Notes under the pieces: generated by a model | What the model was told of the DNA's origin: nothing | Database searches by the model: none | What the model saw: the letters and a program-made list of their open reading frames with translations, nothing else | NCBI GenBank assembly: GCA_009103225.1 | Contig: RHPI01001327.1 | Span: 282,666 to 346,665, forward strand | Source: Chlorokybus atmophyticus | Lineage: Eukaryota; Plantae; Mesostigma and Chlorokybus algae | Direction: 5' to 3' | DNA length: 64,000 bases | Shown: piece by piece, positions 53,850 through 64,000 of the stretch | How the letters are laid out: each line of letters opens with the position of its first letter | Numbering within the stretch: position 1 is the stretch's first letter | Made by a program: the position numbers and the translations under genes

Positions 53850-56800
53850 CTCCTCCCCCCCTAGGTGAGCTTCGTCCTCGAAGCTCTCGAGGATTCTCTG
53901 GTCGTCGTTGCAAATACTGTTGCAGGATATTGTGCATTGGCCAAGTGCTCCTCCGGTTCCCAAGTGGCTTCATGCATCGGGTAGCTTTTTCACTTCATCA
54001 AATATTTGCGCACGCTGCGCACCAACCTCTCACCCAATATGTCCTCCACTGCGTATTCCATATGACCTTCCATAGCCAACTCAGGCGGTGGACGCAATGT
54101 TGGCTCTCTTCGATATGATTTCAGCAGGGATATGTGAAAGACAGGTGGATGTGCATAGAGTCGGGCAGTTGCAACTTGTACGCCACGTTCGAAACCACTT
54201 TGATGACTTAAAATGGCCCAAGCCAGCGCTCACTTAACTTGCGAACTGCAGCACGCACCTGTAACTTCCTCGCAAAAAGCAATACCATGTCGCCTTCGCG
54301 AAATGTGACATGTCGGCGATGCGCGTCTGCATACTGTTTTTGTCTATCTTGTGCCACTAATAGCGCCTCTCTGGCTGCCTTATTGATGTCCGCACATATT
54401 GTAAGAAAATCGCTTACTGCTTCCACATCAACGTCACTTTGTCGCGCTGTCCACGCCGTTAGCGGTGTCAGCGGGTGTTGGCTGTGGTTCATGAGACAGG
54501 GGGTGACACCCGTGCTTGCATTGGTGTGGTTGTTGATGGCGAGTTCCAGCACTTTCAGCAAATCTGCTCAATTGTCTTGCCGAGCATTTACGTAGCAGCG
54601 CAACATATCTTCGAGCACACGGTTGGCTCGCTTCCTTTGGCCATCAGTTTGCGGGTGGAAAGCCGTGCTAAACTTTAAGGTAGTACCCAGTGCACTATGC
54701 AGCGCCAATCAATATTACTTGTGAAGCGGGAATCACCATCGCTCACAATGCTTCGTGGTAGTCCGTGGGAACGAAAGACATGCTTTATAAACAAGCTTGC
54801 TGCATCTGGTGCCGTGCAAGACTCACAACACGGTGCCAAGCGTACTATTTTGCTGGTTTTGTCTACGAACACGAGTAGTGCGTCGTACCCTTATGTTGTC
54901 TTCGGCAGCCCCGTAATCAAGTCCATAAAAACTTGCTCCCATTTGGACAATAGCACGGGGAAGAGCTTGTAGCAACCCACCTGGCTTTTGGTTGCTTGTT
55001 TTCACCCTTTGACATGCGTCGCACAACACCACATAGTCGCGTACATCACGATGCACTCTGCCGCCAGTAAAAGCATTGTTTCAAGCTTGCCAACGTCCTC
55101 TCCACTCCTTGGTGGCCAGCAATGGGTATGTCATGAGCTTCCCCTAAAAGTTGAACGCGCATATGTGCAACATTGCGGATGTACAAGCGGCCATGATGCC
55201 ATAGTAGGCCGTCTTGCTTTGTCCAATGTCCACTTGTGTCCGTTGCTGTGCTCTCCATGTCCCGCAAGACTCTCCTACCTTTTATGTCTTCGCAGAGCAC
55301 TTGTCGGATCTGATCGGCCCACTCTGGTTGCGCTTGAGCGAGTGCTTCAATCGCATTCAACCGGCTTAGCGCGTCGGCCAAACTATTAGACGTACCGGGC
55401 TTGTACTTGATCTCAAAATCAAAAAGTTGCAATAACTCCAACCATCGCGCTTGTCTTCGGCTCACATGTGGTTGTGTCTGTAAGTACCTCAATGAGGAAT
55501 GGTCCGTCTCCAGCATGAACTTTTTGCCCTTAAGCATCGCCATTGTCGCAGCGCCATCACTTGCGCCAATAGCTCCTTCTTGTGCACAGGGTTCAGCTTT
55601 GCTCCACTCATTTTTTAAGTAAAAAACGCTGCAGGTTGAAGACCCATGCCTTGGTCTTGCTGTAACCCAGCTCCCACAGCTGGGTCGGATGCGTCACAAG
55701 CCAAAATGAGGGGTTTGTCTATGTCGGGGTGAGCCAAGACGGGTGCCTCTGTCAACGCCTTCTTCAACGCAGCAAATGCATGCTCTTCCTTTGTAGACCA
55801 GCTCCAAGACTTCCCTTTCTTGAGTAGGGTGGTCAAAGGGGTTGCAATGCGCGAAAATCCCATAATGAATTTGCAATAATGCCCCGCAAGGCCCAAGAAC
55901 AACATTACCTCCTTCACGTCGGTCGCGGCAGACCATTTGCGCACCACTTGCACTTTATTGGGGTCCGGCTTGATTCCTTCGTGTGACACAATGTGGCCCA
56001 GGTACTCCACCTCGCGTAGCAGAAACATGCACTTATGTAGCTGAGCATACAACTTGTGCTCGCGTAAACGCTGCAACACGCGCCGTAGAAGACTCACATG
56101 CTCGTCCTTCATCTTCGAGTACATTAGAATGTCGTTGAGGTACACGAGAGATCCCTTACCCAGCAAGTCAGCAAGAACACTGTTCATCAATGTCTAAAAT
56201 GTCGCTGGCGCGTTCTTTAGCCCAAACAACATCACTAACTACTCATAATGTCCATAGCGCGTGTTGAACGCTGTCTTCTCCATGTCCTCAGGTGCGATGC
56301 GGATCTGATGGTAACTCCCAGCAAGATCAAGTGTGATACTTCGCACTTTGAAGCTGCTCCAGCATCTCGTCAATACGCGGGAGTGAAAAGCAGTTCTTCT
56401 TTGTAATGGTGTTGAGCACTCGGTAGTCAATGCACATACGCAGGCTCCCGTTCTTTTTTTGCATGAACAATATTGGTGCACCATAAGGTGACTTACTTGG
56501 CCGGATGTAGCCTCTTTTTCAGAAGATCCGCTATCTGCGTCTCGGCCTCCTCCAACTCTAGAGGTGACAACATATAGGCCTGTAGGGTGGCTTGTGCACG
56601 CCCTCAATTAATACCACACGGTGATCAACGCTCTGTGAGGGTGGCAGACCAGCTGGAAGTCCGTCTATCACGATATCTTGGTAGTCCTGAACAAGTTTGC
56701 ACACCTCGTGGTCCATCGTAGCTGTCTTAATGCAGTCAGCTTGGGTGCTGACTTTAATGTGCTCTGAAGCACCACGCACAACCATGCAACCTTCGCTTCT

Positions 56801-56860
56801 TGTGGGGATAGCAGCCTCTTCAATTGCACATGGGAAACATGAGCAATGCTAATCCTACCT
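53181..56860 (-). mobile_element. 5'-truncated, decayed Ty3/Gypsy chromovirus (RT, RNase H, integrase, chromodomain, PPT, 3' LTR)
   Basis: RT: SPYGAP..., [40 protein letters not shown], with YLDD mutated to YLND. RNase H: ACDAS, ETDHSSL, RRQARW. Integrase: AHDIPIAGHQG..CDAC. Chromodomain: EYAVEDILGER..KYLMK*KSYPMHEATWEPEEHLANA. No gag, protease or 5' LTR is seen. Confidence 0.95.
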
Positions 56861-56899
56861 GATTGCGCGTGCCGTGCCTTTCACACGGAACTTTTTCCA

Positions 56900-57000
56900 C
56901 GGACCAGCCCTGGTCCGCACGTACGGACGAGGGCCAAAACGCCCGGGCGGCGGACCAAGGTCGCCCGCCTTGGTCTGCACGCGGGGACTAGGGCTAGTCC
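56900..57000. other. GC-rich hairpin cluster (left part of a palindrome-rich segment split by the MITE)
   Basis: CGGACCA-gccc-TGGTCCG; GCGGACCAAGG-7 nt-CCTTGGTCTGC; GGACTAG-gg-CTAGTCC. Confidence 0.75.
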
Positions 57001-57008
57001 AAACGGTA

Positions 57009-57471
57009 CAGTCTACCCCTTTTAAAAGCATACCCTTTATTCTCCGCTATCTTATGCTCTTGGGTAATTCTCTTGACGTCCAAGAGCACGTTATGCTCTT
57101 GAGTGTCAAGAGCATAAACATGCTTTAAGCGCGGTTTCATCATGCCCATCACGCCCGTTACGTCACGCGCATCACGTCACGTCCGTCGCGTCGTCACCTT
57201 AATTACGCTGATTGCGCGTCATACTTGCCTATCACGCCCTAATCGTCACACTCATCACGCCTTATGCCACACCCGTCACGTCTCCTCCCTCGATGCTAGA
57301 AATTTACACACTCAAACTTGCAAGAATTTTATCCAAAAACATATGCTCTTCGCGGTTAGTCATATTCTCTTAAGCACTAACATTTGCCTGTAAAACCATC
57401 GATTATCTCACATTCTATGCTGTTAGCAGGGTTAGTCTCTTGGAGCGAAGTCTCTTAGCGGGGGTAGACTG
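57009..57471. mobile_element. Tc1/mariner-type MITE (463 bp)
   Basis: TIR CAGTCTACCCC ... GGGGTAGACTG flanked by TA on both sides (57007-57008 and 57472-57473). Subterminal ATGCTCTT/GTCTCTT repeats and internal ATCACG repeats are present. There is no ORF. Confidence 0.85.
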
Positions 57472-57762
57472 TACGTAATTGTCCCACGGTCCCCCAAAAA
57501 CCGAACCAGGGCTGGTGTCGGTTGAAAGCCGGTTTAGTTCGGACCGGTTATGGTACTTTGTAGGGACCATGAACGGTCCAAAATCTGGTTGTCAAGTATT
57601 ACCCGGTATTGCCTGTGACTGGAGCCATGGTTTGTACCTGGCTGGTGCGCGTCCCTTAAGGTAGTTTAGACCATGTGGTTTGTTGACCGCGTACAGCCCG
57701 CAATATGTTGAAAAAACCGGCACCGGTTAGAAAGCTGTGGATCCAATGTGCTTTGGCGGCTG

Positions 57763-57997
57763 ACTGCGGTCAGCTCCGGCAATTAAGCCGCAGCTGACCG
57801 CAGTTGGGCCGCCGTTGCAGGTGGCCTGGCGAACGGCCTGGTGCTTTACACCAAGAGCACCAGGCCACGCCGCTGGCCTGGTCATGCTGGTCGTGTCTCG
57901 TCCAGTATGACCAGGACCACGTGAAAGATGGTCACCAGGCCATAACCATGGCGTTCATAGCAGCCACCTTCACCCTGGACAGTCATGGCCTGGTGAC
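57763..57997. other. Array of four long hairpins; three carry a CCTGGT/ACCAGG core
   Basis: Stems: 57763-57804 (13 bp), 57835-57866 (11 bp), 57877-57915 (14 bp with one G-T pair), 57931-57997 (13 bp). Confidence 0.85.
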
Positions 57998-58687
57998 GTT
58001 TACCAGGCTATGACGACTACACGCATGTTCAGGCAAAATGGAGGCCTTCATGCAGCATTAGAGACATCCATTCACAAGGTTACTCTATGCCAAGCAAAGG
58101 CATATGCATGCACACAATGCATGCATCAATCACACACCAACCAAGTTGAATAGTGATAGCATGGTTAACGCTTGGTATGATGCAGCTCAACTAGCAAGCA
58201 TCATTATTTATCATGGTATGGTACTGACTACCTACTCAAGCCTAGAGCACATTGAGTACCTCACCTACACAAACGCAAACACATGCAAACGCAGCCACAC
58301 ATCAACAATTGCACATTCAAACACACGCCGACACATCACGAAGACTCATACCTGCCACAGCCAGCTACGACGTCCGCTCCTTGCTCTCCATTGAGCGATG
58401 ATACCCCACATCTGCAACCTGATTGCATGCAAATGCACCACAAGTACCAACACATCCCAGTGCACGTACCCCACATGCCTGCACGTCCATGTGCAGGTGG
58501 AACAGCACACAGCAGGCCGAGGTTAAAGAGCGAGTACGCCAGCGACAACAAGCCCAACGACTTCCGCACAACCTGCACCCATTGCGTTGTGTCTTGTGAT
58601 GCTTGTAGGTGTGGCATTGCACTATGTGTTTGTTTATTCAACACATATACGCGCAAACAATAAACTGTGCAAAGTGCCTCCTAGGCA

Positions 58688-58772
58688 CTGCACTGAACAG
58701 TGCAGCCTAAGCCTTAGGATCTGAGAGGCAGCCTATGAGGCACCCGACTATGGCAATTGCCTCATAGGCTGC
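58688..58772. other. Three adjacent inverted repeats
   Basis: CTGCACTG-aa-CAGTGCAG; CCTAAG-c-CTTAGG; GCAGCCTATGAGGCA-15 nt-TGCCTCATAGGCTGC. Confidence 0.8.
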
Positions 58773-58962
58773 ATTAAACAGTGTGGTCTATGAGCCCAAT
58801 TGCAAGTTCACATGTGCACGTGCACATTCACACATGAGCAATGTCTCACAACACACAAACATATATGCGCGCATACGCGCACACACGCACGCACGCACGC
58901 ACGCTCATGTGCTTGCCCACACTCGTCGCACCTCAAATATGGTTGTGAGGACGTGCAGCTGG

Positions 58963-58988
58963 NATATATATATATATATATATATATA
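58963..58988. repeat. (AT)n microsatellite preceded by a single N
   Basis: Directly visible. Confidence 0.85.
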
Positions 58989-59515
58989 AACATATCTATG
59001 AGGCATTCAATTAACACATGTATATATAAGTTTATTCATTATAATACACATATATACGTAACCATGTACATGTTGTGTTGATCAGCGTAGCACCCCCATC
59101 GTGTCTACACAATTGTGTGCTAGTGTCGCGTGCATTCGTCAAGTGTCAGAAGAGAATTTGGTCCTTTCTTCTAATACTTAGTCAGTGACTGGCTAAAGTG
59201 TATATGCATACAGCCTTACACACTATTGTTGTATGTGTGTTTTCCGCTTGCATATTGAGGGTCTCTTACAGTGTGCATGGCCTATCCACAATAGCCCTCA
59301 AACAAGTTGCGCATATGTGTGCATGTGTGTCTGCATCCTCCAGGGCATGCTGCATGTCCACATATTGCGCCATGAGCCATTGTTAGCGAGTCAAAGCTTT
59401 GGCAACCGCAGGTGAAAAGTGGCTTGCTTGTGGTTTATAGCAAATGGCGCTATATAGCTGTTGACATACTGCAATGGTTGGCACTGGGTAGTAATTGCAA
59501 CGGAGAAAGGGGGGG

Positions 59516-59688
59516 NNNNNNNNNNNNNNNNNNNNNNNNNNNNNNNNNNNNNNNNNNNNNNNNNNNNNNNNNNNNNNNNNNNNNNNNNNNNNNNNNNNNN
59601 NNNNNNNNNNNNNNNNNNNNNNNNNNNNNNNNNNNNNNNNNNNNNNNNNNNNNNNNNNNNNNNNNNNNNNNNNNNNNNNNNNNNNNNN
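59516..59688. other. Assembly gap (N run)
   Basis: 173 consecutive N. Confidence 0.99.
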
Positions 59689-59724
59689 AGCGTAAAAGTG
59701 CAATCTACAAGCACGGCATGCTTA

Positions 59725-62113
59725 TCAACTATCAGCACCAGTGCTGCGCTTGCTAGGGCGCAACAAGTCTGTCAACTCTGCCACTGATAATGCTCGCGAG
59801 CCTTTACCATTGTGTAGCTGCTTTTGTTGTTGCTCTCATTGCACATCCAGACTCCGAGCAGCATCGTCTTCTGAAATGGCCTTTGACGCTGCCATCTCCT
59901 TGATGGCTTTGTACAAGACATTGCGTTTCCCATATTGCTTGCGCATGCGCTCGTTGCCGCACCGCCAGGCAGATCCAAACTTTCGGTCCAACTCCTGCAC
60001 TGCTGGGCCCCCATCGATGCCACGCACATATTCTGTCCATACATCAACAACGGTAGCCATGTTTACTGCCATCTGGTACGGAGGAGGTGGTGGCGCATCC
60101 ACAGGCTCATATGCAGTCGTGGTTGCTTGCGCGGCTGTGGACTGAGCGGCAGCATCATGTACCTCAACCCTTGCCGGTGGCTCGTTCGCTCGCCTATGAC
60201 GACGATGTCGCTTGCTTGGTCGTTGACCGCGGGGATGCACCTGCTGAGTGGTCGTCGACACTAACGGTAAAGTGATGTGTAGCCCAGCTGCAATTGTACG
60301 CAGATAGCCTTCGTGGACATGCATGCGAGCCTTGATCTGCTGCAACTCAGAGTCTTGACTCTGATTGCTCGCCTTCAGCTCATGCACTGACCTCTTCACC
60401 GACAGCACCGAGTCCTGTGTCGCCTTCATAATTGCATGGTTGTCTTGCAAAATGACAGCGAGCTGTTTCACAAAACTGTGCATGTAAGAGGCTGTGCATG
60501 TAGTCTGTGTGTATGAACAGCTCTTACAACTAGTGCTGTGTATGTGCAATGCTTGCATCTGTAGCAATACGTACCCGATCCGGCAGTTCGTCATACTGTG
60601 TATTAGCGTCCACCACGGACTCATTATGCGACGCCACCACTTCGTCCGCCCATTCATCAAATTTTGCATTTTGAAACAACTCGTGTTCACAAACAGAAAG
60701 TGTAGGGAAGCCATCAACTGTTTCGCCACATAGTTGCATGTTTTCTTATCGCATAATGGCGACATCCTGCCAGCAAGAAGACATGCATCAAAGCATGCAC
60801 AAGGCACAAGTTTCTGAACAACCATAAACATACCTGCCCTACAACATCGCGCAAGTAGTCAAGCAACTCTAAATGCTTAAATGCTGCAAAGTCCCGCTCT
60901 TGATCTCTGCCATGCAAACACCGCTGCAAGAGCCAAGTTCGTATATGAGGGACATGTACGCTGGCAGCCATAAACAACGACAATGCACTTGCTTAATCAT
61001 AAGCGAGCAAGCAATACCTTTCGCACATCATTCAGTGCAATCTCCAAGCCGGGAAAATTTTGAGTGCGGATGTTTTGTGGCAAGCGGAACCGCGAACGAG
61101 CCAACACATGCTTGTTAGGGTGATTTAGATGTCCATGCCCTACAATGCAATTGTAGATAAATACATGCAAAATCATCAGACCATTACAGTGACTGTGCCG
61201 TTGTTACCTGCAATAATTGCGCATGTTGTGACGTCCAGCTGTGTGACGTAGGACAGGTTGAAATGGTCATTATTCCATCGGCCATGTTGCTTCACACCAC
61301 TTTCTGTAGCCCTGCATCATAGTAATGTCAATTTTTATGTACATCATCAAGCTGTCGATCAAGTAGACATGTCCACACCCTCCATCTACTTACCCAGCGT
61401 GCATTGCCTGCTGTGATGATTCTTTGCGCGACGCATGAACTTTAGACCTGCCCGTCACAATGCCGCATTCCCGGAATCCCTCGCATGCGTGGTTGTATTG
61501 TTGTCTGTAGGTCAGGTGCTGACCCTCTTTCTCACCAGGGAATAGAGGCTCTCCATACCTGTAACTCCGCATTCATAAGATGGGCACGCACTTGCACACT
61601 ACCGCACGCACCGCACGCACCAGGTTGCCCGTGATGTGAAGTCCGGAAATGGTCGCTGCAGCATATGGTACTTATGAAATCAATGGAATGCTAGCGCATT
61701 GTGCCAACATCCTATTGGACTCCAGTGGCGCAGACCTCCGAAATGCTCCGTGTTGCCATTCTATGCACAAGCATAGCAACGTTTGCAACTATGAAACACG
61801 GAAACGTCATGTGCCACAACATGATCGACAGATGTTAATGAGTACCTTGTTCATCTTTCCATTGCGAGATACAAAGCAAATCATCACACCAAGGTCCGGC
61901 CCTAAAGAGTTCTGAGGAAGTTTGTAATTATAGAAGTCACACTCTTCGCAAGCCCTTGCAACGTCGCCGCGCGTGAGGCATGTATGTCGCAACGCTAGAT
62001 CTAATCTGCATGTTGCCAAAATTAACAACATGAAAGATATATTGTTGTGCGTGAGCAGACTGAGCTCTCAACCATACCTTGCTCTTAAAGCCGCTGCTTG
62101 CTTGGGGATGTTA
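59725..62113 (-). mobile_element. CryptonF-type DNA transposon gene: intron-containing tyrosine recombinase (NDC10_II-like) plus C-terminal GCR1_C-like domain; pseudogenised and 5'-truncated
   Basis: Exons: ALRA|RLDLALRHTCLTRGD..VSRNGKMNK|NGNTEHFGGLRH..GCWHNALAFH*FHKYH..PFPDFTSRATW|YGEPLFPG..KVHASRKESSQQAMHAG|ATESGVKQHGRWNNDHFNLSYV..|LELLDYLRDVVGQ|DVA..HELFQ..F..; C-terminus YQMAVNMATVVDVWTEYVRGIDGGPAVQELDRKFGSAWR. Catalytic R, K, HxxR, W and Y can all be identified. There are three in-frame stops. Confidence 0.85.
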
Positions 62114-64000
62114 TTGTCTTCGGCTCACATGTGGTTGTGTCTGTAAGTACCTCAATGAGGAATGGTTCGTCTCCAGCATGAACTTTTTGCCCTTAAGAAA
62201 GCATCGCCATTGTCGCAGCGCCATCACTTGCGCTAATAGCTCCTTCTTGTGCACAGGGTTCAGCTTTGCTCTACTCACTTTTTAAGTAAAAAACGCTACA
62301 GGTTGAAGACCCATGCCTTGGTCTTGCTGTAACACAGCTCCCACAGCTGGGTCGGATGCGTCACAAGCCAAAATGAGGGGTTTGTCTATGTCGGGGTGAG
62401 CCAAGACGGGTGCCTCTGTCAACGCCTTCTTCAACGCAGCAAATGCATGCTCTTCCTTTGTAGACCAGCTCCAAGATTTCCCTTTCTTGAGTAGGGTGGT
62501 CAAAGGGGTTGCAATGCGCGAAAATCCCATAATGAATTTGCGATAATGCCCCGCAAGGCCCAAGAACAACATTACCTCCTTCACGTCGGTCGCGGCAGAC
62601 CATTTGCGCACCACTTGCACTTTATTGGGGTCCGGCTTGATCCTTTCGTGTGACACAATGTGGCCCAGGTACTCCACCTCGCGTAGCAGAAACATGCACT
62701 TATGTAGCTGAGCATACAACTTGTGCTCGCGTAAACGCTGCAACACGCGCCGTAGAAGACTCACATGCTCGTCCTTCATCTTCGAGTACACTAGAATGTC
62801 GTTGAGGTACACGAGAACTCCCTTACCCAGCAAGTCAGCAAGAACACTGTTCATCAATGTCTAAAATGTCGCTGGCGCGTTCTTTAGCCCAAACAACATC
62901 ACTAACCACTCATAATGTCCATAGCGCGTGTTGAACGCTGTCTTCTCCATGTCCTCAGGTGCGATGCGGATCTGATGGTAACTCCCAGCAAGATCAAGTG
63001 TGATACTTCGCACTTTGAAGCTGCTCCAGCATCTCGTCAATACGCGGGAGTGAAAAGCAGTTCTTCTTTGTAATGGTGTTGAGCACTCGGTAGTCAATGC
63101 ACATACGCAGGCTCCCGTTCTTTTTTTGCATGAACAATATTGGTGCACCATAAGGTGACTTACTTGGCCGGATGTAGCCTCTTTTTAGAAGATCCGCTAT
63201 CTGCTTCTCGGCCTCCTCCAACTCTAGAGGTGACAACATATAGGCCTGTAGGGTGGCTTGTGCACGCCCTCAATTAATACCACACGGTGATCAACGCTCT
63301 GTGAGGGTGGCAGACCAGCTGGAAGTCCGTCTATCACGATATCTTGGTAGTCCTGAACAAGTTTGCACACCTCGTGGTCCATCGTAGCTGTCTTAATGCA
63401 GTCAGCTTGGGTGCTGACTTTAATGTGCTCTGAAGCACCACGCACAACCATGCAACCTTCGCTTCTTGTGGGGATAGCAGCCTCTTCAATTGCACATGGG
63501 AAACATGAGCAATGCTAATCCTACCTGATTGCGCGTGCCGTGCCTTTCACACGGAACTTTTTCCACGGACCAGCCCTGGTCCGCACGTACGGACGAGGGC
63601 CAAAACGCCCGGGCGGCGGACCAAGGTCGCCCGCCTTGGTCTGCACGCGGGGACTAGGGCTAGTCCAAACGGTACAGTCTACCCCTTTTAAAAGCATACC
63701 CTTTATTCTCCGCTATCTTATGCTCTTGGGTAATTCTCTTGACGTCCAAGAGCACGTTATGCTCTTGAGTGTCAAGAGCATAAACATGCTTTAAGCGCGG
63801 TTTCATCATGCCCATCACGCCCGTTACGTCACGCGCATCACGTCACGTCCATCGCGTCGTCACCTTAATTACGCTGATTGCGCGTCATACTTGCCTATCA
63901 CGCCCTAATCGTCAAACTCATCACGCCTTATGCCACACCCGTCACGTCTCCTCCCTCGATGCTAGAAATTTACACACTCAAACTTGCAAGAATTTTATCC
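62114..64000. repeat. Near-identical second copy of 55451-57340 (Gypsy RT/RNase H, hairpin cluster and MITE left part)
   Basis: Offset is about 6663-6667 bp, with the same ORFs and only scattered substitutions or small indels. The MITE copy begins at 63675 and runs off the window. Confidence 0.95.

Overview
Eukaryotic, intron-rich (GT-AG) genomic DNA from a green alga or plant-lineage organism. The evidence is plastid-type transit peptides, a plastid-type 6PGD and MENG, telo-boxes and a plant-type GRIP golgin. An early-diverging green alga or streptophyte alga is an inference only. Positions ~0.4-42.9 kb are a compact housekeeping region: PSMD9, MENG, a hypothetical gene head-to-head with TAD2, RPS23, a UBL plus EBS7/HERP-like ERAD membrane protein, a dienelactone hydrolase, a membrane protein with EF-hand-like loops, eEF2, plastid 6PGD, a GRIP golgin and an RMD1/DUF155 protein. 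It is interrupted by a 906-bp pure (GA)n tract and a small CryptonF-type GCR1-domain relic. Positions ~42.9-64 kb are a nested mobile-element zone. It holds old Ty3/Gypsy fragments, a ~9 kb block of decayed multi-exon genes (Tudor-like, Zn-finger-like, OTU-like), a chromovirus with one LTR, and Tc1/mariner-type MITEs. It also holds palindrome arrays, an intron-containing CryptonF tyrosine-recombinase/GCR1 gene with premature stops, and a ~99% identical duplication at an offset of ~6.67 kb. Gene coordinates are start-to-stop spans including introns, spliced by eye.
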